Origin: a virus
Reading direction: 5' to 3' (one strand)
IMG/VR virus record: IMGVR_UViG_3300023296_001674
DNA: 64,000 nucleotides
Part shown: positions 52,438-61,963 of the stretch, piece after piece
Layout of the letters: each line of letters begins with the position of its first letter
How positions within the stretch are numbered: the stretch's first letter is position 1
The notes under the pieces: generated by a model
What the model was told of the DNA's origin: nothing
What the model saw: only the letters and a program-made list of their open reading frames with translations
The model's database searches: none
Made by a program: the position numbers and the translations under genes

Positions 52438-54735
52438 ATGACGGATTTGAGAGTATTCAAAAGCTATAGATCATTACATCCCGGTATGGGGCAAGCGGTA
52501 GCAGAAAGAACTATATTACGAAAAAAAGAAGATGACACATGGGAAGATTGGGGCGACGTAGCGGATAGAGTAGCATTAGGCAATTCTCTTTTATGTCCAG
52601 AAACAAAAGATCAAAATCCAGAATATAAATTACTTAAAAAACATATCGCTAAAGCATCATTATTGATGAGTGGTAGACATCTACAACACGGCGACGGTCA
52701 TCAACCTAAAAGAAATATGGAAGTATTCACTAACTGCGCCACTGCTGCATCTAGTTTTGTTTTATTCTATCTCCTATTGAATGGTTCCGGCGTTGGTCGC
52801 TGTTACGATGATGATATGATTTTGGTGAATTGGGACAATGCTCCCAATATCCGGTGTGTTTTGGACGAAGATCATCCAGATTTTGATTGGTCTGCGCACG
52901 AATCATCTAGAGATGCTATTCACAAATATGGCGAAGGTAAAGATACACTATGGTTTAAAGTTACAGACGATAGAGAAGGTTGGGCAAAAGCGCTTGAAAT
53001 ATGGGAAAATGCAGCTTTTGAAAAAATTCACCGTGATAAAACATTGGTATTGGATTTCTCATTGGTTCGCTGCAAAGGCTCTCCCATCGGCGGAATGCAA
53101 TCACGTCCAGCGTCCGGTCCTGTCGCACTTATGAATGCGTTTCAAAAGGCTGCTACATTAAAAGGCGCAGGTCTTTCACCTTGGAGACAAGCAATATACG
53201 TCGATCATTACTTTGCTGAGTGTGTTCTTGTTGGTGGTGCTCGTCGTGCGGCAAGAATGTCCACGAAATATTGGAAAGATGAAAACATTTTTGGTTTTAT
53301 AACAGTAAAGCGCCCCGTTGAATTTGCCGATAAAAAGTTTGATGATATTATGGAAATTCGTGCAGAAGCTGCATCACATGGTATATTGCCACCACAAGGA
53401 TTTTTGTGGAGTTCCAATAACTCAGTTGCAGTTGATGCTGAATTTTGGGAATTGGCTAATTTAAAGCGCGGTCATCCTAAATTTATGAATGCGATGGCAC
53501 AACAGGCCCGTAAAGTTCTTAAATTGGTTACAGAAGCATCTTATGCTGATGGAACCGGTGAGCCTGGACTTATTAATGTTGACAAATTGGTACAAAAAGA
53601 TGATGGTTGGGATGATTTAAATCGTGGCGATTTCATTGGTAGTGAAAAATACCAAATAGAAGATGATACACAAATATTAATTTCACGTCTTGCTAAAAAA
53701 GCAAAGCGTAAAAAATATCATACAATTACTAACCCATGTGGCGAAATCGCGCTTAATGTCCTTGGTGGATATTGTGTTATTGCCGACGTGGTTCCATATC
53801 ATGCTGATACTTTGGATGAAGCCGAAGAAGCATTCCGTGTTGCTACACGTGCATTGATTCGTGTGAACCTTATGGATAGCCTTTATAAAGAAGAAGTTAA
53901 ACGCACCAATCGTATTGGTGTAGGAATGACCGGCGTTCATGAATTTGCATGGAAATTCTTCAATTTGGGTTTCCGTGATTTAATTGACGAAGAAAAATCT
54001 AAAGAATTTTGGCTGACACTTAACCGTTTCAATGAAGCAGTGTACGAAGAAGCAAGAGATTATTCCGCACAGTTGGGCTTAAAAACGCCACACACGATGA
54101 CAACGATTAAACCTGCTGGAACTACCAGTAAACTGTTTGGGCTTACTGAGGGGTGGCATTTGCCAGCGCTGTCGTGGTATATGCGCTGGGTGCAGTTCCG
54201 TAATGACGATCCATTGGTGGTTAAATATTCATCTGCTGGATATCCAACACGCGAACTAAAGCAATATGAAGGAACCACCATTGTCGGTTTCCCAACCGAA
54301 CCAGCGATTGCTAGTTTAGGTTTGGGTGATAAATTAGTTACTGCTGGCGACGCAACACCAGAAGAACAGTATAAATGGTTGATGCTTGGTGAAAAATATT
54401 GGATTAACGGTGTTAATAAAGATGGATCAGAAAAGAAAGCCAATTATGGCAATCAAATTTCTTATACATTGAAATATAAACCAGATGAAGTTGATTTTAA
54501 GCAGTTTAAAGATATGCTGACTCATTATCAAAGCCAAATTCGTGCATGTTCAGTTATGCCACAAATTGATGCGGCAGCATTTGAATATCAGCCAGAAGAA
54601 TCAATTAATAAGGCTAAGTATGAAGAAATGATGCGTGCGATTGAACGCGTAATGGTTGAAGATATCGGCAAAGAGCATATTGATTGTGATACTGGTGCAT
54701 GTCCTGTAGATTTTTCTGCTGGTGAAAAAATATAA
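52438..54735 (+). CDS. nrdJ: Class II (adenosylcobalamin) ribonucleotide reductase
   Basis: TNC, GSGVG, GGARRAA, GEPG, TNPCGEI, IKPAGT, C-terminal CDTGACP; no beta subunit nearby. Confidence 0.88.
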   Translation: MTDLRVFKSYRSLHPGMGQAVAERTILRKKEDDTWEDWGDVADRVALGNSLLCPETKDQNPEYKLLKKHIAKASLLMSGRHLQHGDGHQPKRNMEVFTNCATAASSFVLFYLLLNGSGVGRCYDDDMILVNWDNAPNIRCVLDEDHPDFDWSAHESSRDAIHKYGEGKDTLWFKVTDDREGWAKALEIWENAAFEKIHRDKTLVLDFSLVRCKGSPIGGMQSRPASGPVALMNAFQKAATLKGAGLSPWRQAIYVDHYFAECVLVGGARRAARMSTKYWKDENIFGFITVKRPVEFADKKFDDIMEIRAEAASHGILPPQGFLWSSNNSVAVDAEFWELANLKRGHPKFMNAMAQQARKVLKLVTEASYADGTGEPGLINVDKLVQKDDGWDDLNRGDFIGSEKYQIEDDTQILISRLAKKAKRKKYHTITNPCGEIALNVLGGYCVIADVVPYHADTLDEAEEAFRVATRALIRVNLMDSLYKEEVKRTNRIGVGMTGVHEFAWKFFNLGFRDLIDEEKSKEFWLTLNRFNEAVYEEARDYSAQLGLKTPHTMTTIKPAGTTSKLFGLTEGWHLPALSWYMRWVQFRNDDPLVVKYSSAGYPTRELKQYEGTTIVGFPTEPAIASLGLGDKLVTAGDATPEEQYKWLMLGEKYWINGVNKDGSEKKANYGNQISYTLKYKPDEVDFKQFKDMLTHYQSQIRACSVMPQIDAAAFEYQPEESINKAKYEEMMRAIERVMVEDIGKEHIDCDTGACPVDFSAGEKI

Positions 54736-54752
54736 CCAAAGGATTATAGAAA

Positions 54753-55163
54753 ATGATAAAATATGTTGTTGGGTTTTTATTCAGTAAAGATATAAAAAAT
54801 GTGTTACTTATTGAAAAAACCAAACCCGATTGGCAAAAAGGATCGTTGAATGGCGTCGGTGGTAAAGTTGAAGAAGGTGAAACACCACTTGATGCCATGA
54901 TACGAGAATTTCAAGAAGAAGCTGCCCTCAAAATAACTGAATGGAACCACTGCGTAGTAATAACTGGTGACGGTTTCGTTGTTGATTTTTATAGGGCATT
55001 TAGTGATGACATATATCAAGCCACATCATTAACGGAAGAACAAATACAAGTGTGTGATACATTTTCATTGCCTAACAATGTGATATATAATTTAAAATGG
55101 ATTATTCCGTTTTGTCTTGATAATAATTCACAAAAACCAATGAATATTACCCATATAAAATAA
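54753..55163 (+). CDS. Nudix hydrolase
   Basis: GGKVEEGETPLDAMIREFQEEAA Nudix box. Confidence 0.92.
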   Translation: MIKYVVGFLFSKDIKNVLLIEKTKPDWQKGSLNGVGGKVEEGETPLDAMIREFQEEAALKITEWNHCVVITGDGFVVDFYRAFSDDIYQATSLTEEQIQVCDTFSLPNNVIYNLKWIIPFCLDNNSQKPMNITHIK

Positions 55164-55170
55164 GGAGATT

Positions 55171-55428
55171 ATGATGAATGTAATCGTATATTCAACAAAT
55201 ACATGCCCATATTGCGTGAAAGCTAAAACATGGCTTTCCACCAATAATATAAAATTTGACGAAATAATACTTGATAATCAAGATGACATTGCCAAATTTA
55301 AAAAAGATTGCCCAGGAAAAAATACTGTTCCACAAATATTAATCAATGATGAATTGATTGGTGGATGTGATGATTTAATGGCTAGACAAGAATATGTTCT
55401 TGATTTAGTTTCTGGAGTTGCAGTATGA
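55171..55428 (+). CDS. Glutaredoxin
   Basis: CPYC, TVPQI, IGGCDDL. Confidence 0.93.
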   Translation: MMNVIVYSTNTCPYCVKAKTWLSTNNIKFDEIILDNQDDIAKFKKDCPGKNTVPQILINDELIGGCDDLMARQEYVLDLVSGVAV

Positions 55429-56201
55429 GTTTTTTAGGAATACAGGATACATCAAATAACCGATATTTCCACTATTTAACTATCGAGCAGAATGATGTAG
55501 GTTTGGCTATTCACAAAATGCATTTGGATGATGAGGTGGTATTAGAGGTAGATGGAGTTTTCGCCGCAGAAAATATTATAATTAAAAAAATATTAGACGC
55601 ACAAACCGAAGATTCATATATTCCAGTGAATATAATAGCAGGTGCATCTAATGTTGGGCAAAAATCTAGACGTGGACGCGGTAATATATTGATTGTAAAT
55701 CCACATGCTAAATTAAATTTACTATATTGGCCGGGTAAAATACAAACCAGTGAATTAATACCAATAGACAAAGGTATTTGTATATATAAATCCCAAAGTG
55801 AGATTGACGCTATTGGATATTACACTTCTAGTGCGATTGTCGGTAAAGGATATTGTTTTTTACGTGAAAATTGGGAAAAATTTGCTTGTGTTGCGCCATT
55901 GACAAATATTGATTGGTCAGAAATGCAAGAAAAACAATACAAGTGGTCGAGAGAAACGTTTGGTGAGTCCACATTGGAATCTAATTTAGATCATTTACGC
56001 GATGAATTGGATGAAATAGTTGAAAATCCAAATGATATTGAAGAATGGGCTGACGTTATGTTATTATATATGAATGCATCAAGTTTTGTTGGATTTACAA
56101 TGGATGATATATATAAAGCAGTGCAGAAAAAATATGAAAAAAATGTAAAACGCAAATGGGGTAAACCCGATGAACGTGGCGTAGTTAAGCATGTCGAATA
56201 A
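55425..56201 (+). CDS. Fusion: capsid-like fragment plus C-terminal DUF550/MazG-type dATP/dGTP pyrophosphohydrolase
   Basis: C-term WSRETFG...LDHL.DELDE...EEWADV...KN..RKW; N-term SRRGRGNILIVNP...YKSQSEIDAIGYY resembles gp23. Confidence 0.65.
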   Translation: MSFLGIQDTSNNRYFHYLTIEQNDVGLAIHKMHLDDEVVLEVDGVFAAENIIIKKILDAQTEDSYIPVNIIAGASNVGQKSRRGRGNILIVNPHAKLNLLYWPGKIQTSELIPIDKGICIYKSQSEIDAIGYYTSSAIVGKGYCFLRENWEKFACVAPLTNIDWSEMQEKQYKWSRETFGESTLESNLDHLRDELDEIVENPNDIEEWADVMLLYMNASSFVGFTMDDIYKAVQKKYEKNVKRKWGKPDERGVVKHVE

Positions 56202-56862
56202 CGTTGGTGTAAATCCTATTATTTGCGCGTTAGATATGAACGACTATACAATATCGTCGAAATTGACACGTAATTTATCTCCTTACGTTGGTATGGTTAA
56301 GGTAGGATTAGAGTCGTTTATCTATGATCATTATGGTGCTATAAATGTGGCAAGCATGCATGAGGTTGATGTATTTTTAGACCTTAAATTTTATGATATA
56401 CCAAATACAGTAGAAAAAGCAATAAAGCCATTTACTTATTATAAATATATTAAAATGATGACTATCCATGGAAGTGGTTCTGTTGATATGATAAAAGCGG
56501 CGGTAAATGCAGCAGAAAATATAGATATTATCGCAGTTACATTGCTAACAAGCACAGAAGAAAAGAACGCAACTGAAATTGTATTAAAAATTGCAGAAAA
56601 ATCATTAAAAAATGGTGCTGCTGGTATCGTATGTTCTGCAAGAGAAGTGTTGGATTTGCGCAAAGAATTTGGTAATGATTTTAAAATCGTCGTTCCTGGT
56701 GTTAGACCAAAATGGTATACAACAAGCGACGACCAGCGTAGAACTGGAACACCAAGTGAAATAATAAACAACGGCGCAACGAATTTAGTTATCGGTAGAC
56801 CAATAACTTCATCAGATAATCCAGTTGAAGCAACAAAAAAGATATTAGAAGAATTAAAATGA
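56191..56862 (+). CDS. pyrF: Orotidine-5'-phosphate decarboxylase
   Basis: ICALD, KVG, FLDLKFYDIPNT, VTLLTS, VPGVRP, DDQRR, VIGRPIT. Confidence 0.95.
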   Translation: MSNNVGVNPIICALDMNDYTISSKLTRNLSPYVGMVKVGLESFIYDHYGAINVASMHEVDVFLDLKFYDIPNTVEKAIKPFTYYKYIKMMTIHGSGSVDMIKAAVNAAENIDIIAVTLLTSTEEKNATEIVLKIAEKSLKNGAAGIVCSAREVLDLRKEFGNDFKIVVPGVRPKWYTTSDDQRRTGTPSEIINNGATNLVIGRPITSSDNPVEATKKILEELK

Positions 56863-57503
56863 GAACAGGATTAAGCCCAAAAGAATTCTTTAATGCAATG
56901 AAGAAAAAGCCTGCACTACAGGCAATACTTAATGCATTTGAAGCATATTCCATAGAAGAATTAGAAAATATCCACGGACAACCTCGTTGGATACGCGTCG
57001 TGTTGGTTGAATTGAAACAAGATGAACTTGGTGGCGTTATTGACGAAGGTGCAATATTACGTGCTGAACAAATCGCCGATATGATGATGAATTCAACCGA
57101 AATAAATGAAACACCCGAACCCATACAATACGAAGTACGTCAATATTTAGGCAACGATTGGAATATGTCTTGTGGCATGTCGGGTTCTATGTTGGTGGAA
57201 GTGAAATGCGAAGATTTATTATATGTTATGGAAGTAGATAGCCAAATAGAGAAATTTATTGTTGGTATGGAAAGTTCCGTGGGTATATTAACTGATATAC
57301 AATGGAATAGATTCTTGCAAAATTCAACATCGTTGGGTTGTATGACTAAAATAGAATATACTAAAAAAGTTGCAGAAAACAGTAAAGGAAAAATGACAAA
57401 AACACCGGAAGAGCGTGACATGATAGCAAAAACCGCTGGCCCTAGATCGTATGTTGATCCAAATCGACCAAGATTTGAGATTATACGTCATGAAGTAACT
57501 TAA
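56859..57503 (+). CDS. Hypothetical protein
   Basis: ATGA overlap; 214 aa. Confidence 0.6.
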   Translation: MRTGLSPKEFFNAMKKKPALQAILNAFEAYSIEELENIHGQPRWIRVVLVELKQDELGGVIDEGAILRAEQIADMMMNSTEINETPEPIQYEVRQYLGNDWNMSCGMSGSMLVEVKCEDLLYVMEVDSQIEKFIVGMESSVGILTDIQWNRFLQNSTSLGCMTKIEYTKKVAENSKGKMTKTPEERDMIAKTAGPRSYVDPNRPRFEIIRHEVT

Positions 57504-57519
57504 TTAAAAGGAATATAAT

Positions 57520-57861
57520 ATGTTATTAGAAAAACAAGCAAAAGTCAACGATGTTGTTGCCGTCCGATTAGTGTCAGGTGAGGAAATTGTTGGTAGATTG
57601 ACATCAACAAGTGATACTGCCATAGTAATAGCAAAACCGTTAGTTTTAGGTATGCGTCAAATGCAAAATCCGAAATCTGGTGAAATAGAAACGGGTATGG
57701 CTTTCGCGCCATTTATGCTATCACTAGCAGAAGAAGATGGTATAACGTTGCAAGCAAGCAATATCGTTACAAAAATAAAAGCAAGACAGGCAATTAGTGA
57801 TTCTTATATACAACAAACTTCTAGCATAGAATTGCCATCATCGCCGCCATTGATTGTATGA
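57520..57861 (+). CDS. Sm-like-fold phage protein
   Basis: VRLVSGEEIVG...KPLVL...FAPF...Y.QQTS.I pattern. Confidence 0.55.
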   Translation: MLLEKQAKVNDVVAVRLVSGEEIVGRLTSTSDTAIVIAKPLVLGMRQMQNPKSGEIETGMAFAPFMLSLAEEDGITLQASNIVTKIKARQAISDSYIQQTSSIELPSSPPLIV

Positions 57862-58070
57862 CCGAAAAAATAGTCAATGTAATAAAAGCGGCAACAAATA
57901 TATATCTTAAAACACATGATGCATATGAACGCGTAAAAGTGTGTGAAAGTTGTGATAAATACCTTAAGATGGCAAAAATTTGTGGTGAGTGCAAATGTTT
58001 TGTTCCAGCAAAATCAAGATTGCGATACGCAACTTGTCCGCTAGATAAATGGGAGATTTTAGATGCCTAA
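57858..58070 (+). CDS. Small Cys-rich protein
   Basis: R...CESC...CGECKCF...K.....CPLDKW. Confidence 0.65.
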   Translation: MTEKIVNVIKAATNIYLKTHDAYERVKVCESCDKYLKMAKICGECKCFVPAKSRLRYATCPLDKWEILDA

Positions 58071-58359
58071 ACCAGTACATAGACATACAGATTCAAGAGT
58101 GTGCGGCGCTACAACAGTTGTTGTAGGGCAATCGACAGTTATAGCCAACGGTTTGTTAGTATCCGTTCAGGGTGATCCAAATACACATGGTGGTGGTGCG
58201 TTAGGCGCTACTGTTAATCCTGGTTCAGTTATTATCGAAGGCAAAGAAATGGTTGTAGTGGGCAGTTCTGCTGCACCTGATGCGTTATGTCCTATTCCCG
58301 GTGGACCGCATTGTGATCCAAAATCATCATCGGGGAGCGACGACGTTCTAGCTTTTTGA
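58063..58359 (+). CDS. PAAR spike-tip protein (gp5.4-like)
   Basis: PVHR..D...CGA, V.ANG, GD...H, GS.DV repeats. Confidence 0.8.
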   Translation: MPKPVHRHTDSRVCGATTVVVGQSTVIANGLLVSVQGDPNTHGGGALGATVNPGSVIIEGKEMVVVGSSAAPDALCPIPGGPHCDPKSSSGSDDVLAF

Positions 58360-58369
58360 GGAATAATAA

Positions 58370-59233
58370 ATGAGTTGTTTACCAATTAATGACCCAAATC
58401 AATTTGATTTGTTTAATTCGAATATAAATTTTGCACCGGTACCATCTTCCGCGTTCCCACCAAACATGGCAGCAATTATGGACGAGTTAGCAAAACCCGA
58501 TGCCTTTGCGCCTTCTGTTAATTTAACAGTAGTCGACGATGCAATAACCGCGCTAGATGCGATGACCGGTCCAGAAATAGCAGCACTTCCGGCAAACAGT
58601 CAACAATTAATCGCTGGAACCTATGATTTTGCAGGCGATCCTCTTTTTAATGCATTTACGAGTAACTATAATATAGCAATTCCCCCATTGATAAGCAATG
58701 GTGATAGTTTACGTGATATATTGTCTTTATTTAGAACACATATAGTTGGAATACCAACTACTGTTCCTGGTGTTATTGGTAGTTTAGGTCACGCAAATAT
58801 TTTAAGATCGTTTGGGGCAATAAGTTCAGGTAATGGGTTGCAAAAACATCTTGGATTGGGAGCAATACCAGATTGCGGTCTTGCTGATGGTTTATTGGAT
58901 TCGCTATTGAAATTATTGCAGCCATTAATAGATTTGTTGGCTAACTTGCTTGACCCATTGTTTAATTTGATTCTAGCAATATTGGGTATACTTGCGGCAA
59001 TCCTTGCGGAATTATTAAATTTATTAAACATACTACAGAGATTGTTAGATTTCGCAACCGGATCACAACTTTTATCACTTGATCCATGTGCATTATTGTT
59101 TATGGGCCAAAGTGGTTCAACCACGTTGAATAACGAAGTAAATAGCGGCATTGAGTGGGTTAATCCAGATGCACCTCAAATACCCACCGCAGGACAAGAT
59201 TTACCAACACCGCCACCGCCAAGAAATCAATGA
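58370..59233 (+). CDS. Hypothetical Leu-rich protein, possibly baseplate-associated
   Basis: GAGG RBS; long amphipathic Leu helix; DPC motif; Pro-rich end. Confidence 0.6.
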   Translation: MSCLPINDPNQFDLFNSNINFAPVPSSAFPPNMAAIMDELAKPDAFAPSVNLTVVDDAITALDAMTGPEIAALPANSQQLIAGTYDFAGDPLFNAFTSNYNIAIPPLISNGDSLRDILSLFRTHIVGIPTTVPGVIGSLGHANILRSFGAISSGNGLQKHLGLGAIPDCGLADGLLDSLLKLLQPLIDLLANLLDPLFNLILAILGILAAILAELLNLLNILQRLLDFATGSQLLSLDPCALLFMGQSGSTTLNNEVNSGIEWVNPDAPQIPTAGQDLPTPPPPRNQ

Positions 59234-59826
59234 AACAAACTATCAAATATATATGTTATGTATGTTATATTTTGTTGGGAATATATGTTTTATCATTTCC
59301 ATCAGATACATTTAGTGAAAATGTTTTCAGTGTGGTTATGTCCGAGGAACAAAGAACATTTATAATTAATGGTTTGATTGATAGCGATGTTGCTGACGAT
59401 TTTTTAGAACGTCGCGAACATATAAATCGTATTGTGTTAAATTCACATGGTGGTTATAAATTATATATCGATGAACTCGCAGATTATACCCGCCAACACA
59501 ATATAACGACCATAATTGAAGAATATGGTGTGTGTTATGCTGGATGTTTGGGGGTATACACTGCGAGTAAAACCAGACTGGCACATTGGAACAGTTATTT
59601 TTATCTTGGGCATCCAGTATGGAAATATAATGGCATTACATACCCCGCATCTAAAGGAACTATTGAAATGATCGCAACATTGCGTGCAGATGGTGTTAGT
59701 GCCGAGTTGACTAATCAGTTGGATATCGTGGATTCAGTTATATTCAACGCAGAAGCAGCAAAACGCTATGGTGTAGTCACAAAACTATATAATCAATATG
59801 ACGTGGTTTCAAAACGTTTTTATTAA
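59230..59826 (+). CDS. Exported ClpP/crotonase-fold protein
   Basis: Signal or TM segment; VLNSHGG, CYAGC, LGH, FNAEAAKRYGVV. Confidence 0.55.
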   Translation: MKQTIKYICYVCYILLGIYVLSFPSDTFSENVFSVVMSEEQRTFIINGLIDSDVADDFLERREHINRIVLNSHGGYKLYIDELADYTRQHNITTIIEEYGVCYAGCLGVYTASKTRLAHWNSYFYLGHPVWKYNGITYPASKGTIEMIATLRADGVSAELTNQLDIVDSVIFNAEAAKRYGVVTKLYNQYDVVSKRFY

Positions 59827-59839
59827 AAAAACATATTAC

Positions 59840-59870
59840 TTGACACTTATATCGTGTTGTGGTATAAATA
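59840..59870 (+). promoter_or_regulatory. tmRNA promoter: sigma70 site overlapping a late motif
   Basis: TTGACA-N17-TATAAA, whose -10 also reads TATAAATA. Confidence 0.75.
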
Positions 59871-60152
59871 TACTTGAAATCGTTGATAGCAACATAATAG
59901 AACTTTCTAGAAGAGACTTCGAAGTCTCCTGCTCCACCAATTTACTACTTTCGGGGCAGAATTGGGATCGATAGGAGTTAATAAAAGTTGAAGTAGATTT
60001 TCCCGATCTAAGCTGGGTTAACGCGACGAAACACTACAAACGCAAGCTTAACAGCAAGCAATGATAATTTCAAAATGGATACTCGCCTAGCGGCCTGATC
60101 CTAACTGAATTTATTCGGGGTTTGGGAGACACCTGTCAACAGAAGTCTCCCA
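59871..60152 (+). ncRNA. ssrA: Circularly permuted two-piece tmRNA (alphaproteobacterial type); tag (A)SNDNFKMDTRLAA
   Basis: T-arm GAGAC/GTCTC and CTGCTCC-A-CCA (to 59939) precede a 13-nt spacer and GGGGCAG (59953); 7-bp acceptor stem with G3.U70; tag frame 60054-60098 ending LAA-stop; 3' pseudoknot with CAACAGAA. Confidence 0.92.
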
Positions 60153-60157
60153 TTACT

Positions 60158-60967
60158 TTATGACATTAAACTCCACGATCCATCTGATTGTGGATATTGC
60201 CAAGTCCAACTCCCATCATCCAAATATTTTCTTTTCCTACCCGCAACAGTTTTACTTTGTTTTTTTGCGCTACGTTTGCCATTTATTGCAGGTGAACCTT
60301 TTTTGGCATTCAAACTGTTTGAACATGACATTGAGCAGCATAGTTTTTTTCGTTTTATATATTCTACCACAAAATCAGAACCGCATTTTATGCATATTTT
60401 AATAACTGGGGGATTCTTTTTTGGTGGCGTCGTAATAGGTTTTGATGAAATCGCTACTTTTTTTCTACGTGGCATTTTTATACCTTTATTCCATGCGATG
60501 CATCCCTTTGGTCTACCCGTCCTGTTTGGGTTTTTGATGGGTTTATCTATTAATAGCATAAAATCGCCAGAACGTCTTGATTGAATCATTTCTGGTGTCA
60601 ATCCTTTATTCCATGCAGGTTTTATTCTGTTTTTTGTATGACCCTTGTGGCTCCCACCAACCGCAGTTTTTTTCATATTGTAATAACGATTACACCCTTC
60701 CATGACATTTTTGCTGATTGATAACTCACTATCAGTTATCATATTCAACCAGCGCTGTTCTTCGTTTTGTAAATCTTTGATATTTCCATCAATATATTTA
60801 AGTACTCGCATTTTAAAGTCGATTGGTCGTTTTTTGTGAGCATTTAGCATCCATTTACTGGAGCATATATAAGAATCGTCGATCTGTCCAAAGTGACTTC
60901 CAACATAAAACATATTATGTTTTTTATCGTGCCATATGTAGACGTATCCGGTATATTGATTTGACAT
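60158..60967 (-). mobile_element. Free-standing GIY-YIG (Seg-like) homing endonuclease
   Basis: GYVYIW......FYVGSH.G...D.YICSS, EQRWL, YYN; NUMOD3-like AWNKG repeats; CxxC/CCxxxC. Confidence 0.88.
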
Positions 60968-61198
60968 TGTGATTTTTCCTGTTATAAATAGTGTGGGGGA
61001 CAGCAGATGCTTTCCTGTGTTTGTTGATAGAATGTTACTAGCGTTCTATCTTACCCTATTATTTATCATTTTTTATAACACTTAAAAAACTAAATAATAA
61101 TAGGAACCAACACTTGTCGGTAAATATACAAGTTCAAATATCCGAGTGACTATATATAAACCAACAAGAGTTTTTAATGGAAATTATGCCTTTTATCT

Positions 61199-61233
61199 AT
61201 AAACCGTAGCACTTGAATGCTGCGGTTTATTTT
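61199..61233. terminator. Strong hairpin, likely a bidirectional terminator
   Basis: ATAAACCGTAGCA/TGCTGCGGTTTAT stem plus T run. Confidence 0.7.
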
Positions 61234-61308
61234 GTCACATAAAATGATTTTTATGTTATAGGTATTTATCTTCGTGTCGTTTTGGGGGGTCCGTCGACGC
61301 CTTTTTTA

Positions 61309-61337
61309 TTGACTAATCCCCCACCATACTCTATGAT
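61309..61337 (+). promoter_or_regulatory. Sigma70-like promoter giving a leaderless mRNA
   Basis: TTGACT-N17-TATGAT with ATG 6 nt downstream and no RBS. Confidence 0.65.
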
Positions 61338-61343
61338 ACAATC

Positions 61344-61622
61344 ATGAAAAATATAGATTGGATGCACGACGGCCCCACTAGTCGGGGTTATTTAATAATA
61401 GTGGTCAATCGAATGATCGCACTTGGATTGTTTTCTATATTGGATTATTTGATATACACCATGCCATATGAGACAGCAGACGCTACGATGATAGTTTCAA
61501 TGATGCGTTCTACGTTGGCAGTTAAGAGATTGTTGCCATCATGGGATCAAATAGCAATAAGTGTATATAATGAACGCGATGAAGATAGTTTAAAACGATT
61601 AAGGGAATATGCATATGACTGA
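61344..61622 (+). CDS. Small helical protein, paralog A
   Basis: TM...TM....R......PSW......Y.E..RDE shared with the next ORF. Confidence 0.7.
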   Translation: MKNIDWMHDGPTSRGYLIIVVNRMIALGLFSILDYLIYTMPYETADATMIVSMMRSTLAVKRLLPSWDQIAISVYNERDEDSLKRLREYAYD

Positions 61623-61902
61623 AATAAATTGGGAAGGCAAAGGCACCGATGATTTAATGCACATGATGTCGTCATTAAATGATTTAATAAAGAGTGATCA
61701 ATTCGATCAAGTGGATGAAATAATATCCACGATGGATTTAAAAACATCAACACTTACTATGTTGTCTGGTGTTTTACGATTTACTGGAAAATGTAGAGAT
61801 AGCATTCCATCATGGGAGCCAATGCGCGATAAATTATATGATGAAATTTTATTTCGTGATGAAAATCCTGATGATATGTTGATGGGTTTATTCGATAAAT
61901 AA
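61609..61902 (+). CDS. Small helical protein, paralog B
   Basis: Same motif spacing as 61344. Confidence 0.7.
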   Translation: MHMTEINWEGKGTDDLMHMMSSLNDLIKSDQFDQVDEIISTMDLKTSTLTMLSGVLRFTGKCRDSIPSWEPMRDKLYDEILFRDENPDDMLMGLFDK

Positions 61903-61963
61903 CTGTCACCCCCGTTTGTAATAATCCATATCATGATAATGAATATGATTTATTATTATTAAC

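Noticed and set aside
59230-59826. True ClpP partner for the tmRNA tag
   Set aside because: It has an export or TM signal and the expected nucleophile region reads CYAGC without Ser; adjacency may be coincidental
59911-59960. tRNA-Ala gene
   Set aside because: No anticodon arm, and the 3' half precedes the 5' half; explained by the permuted tmRNA
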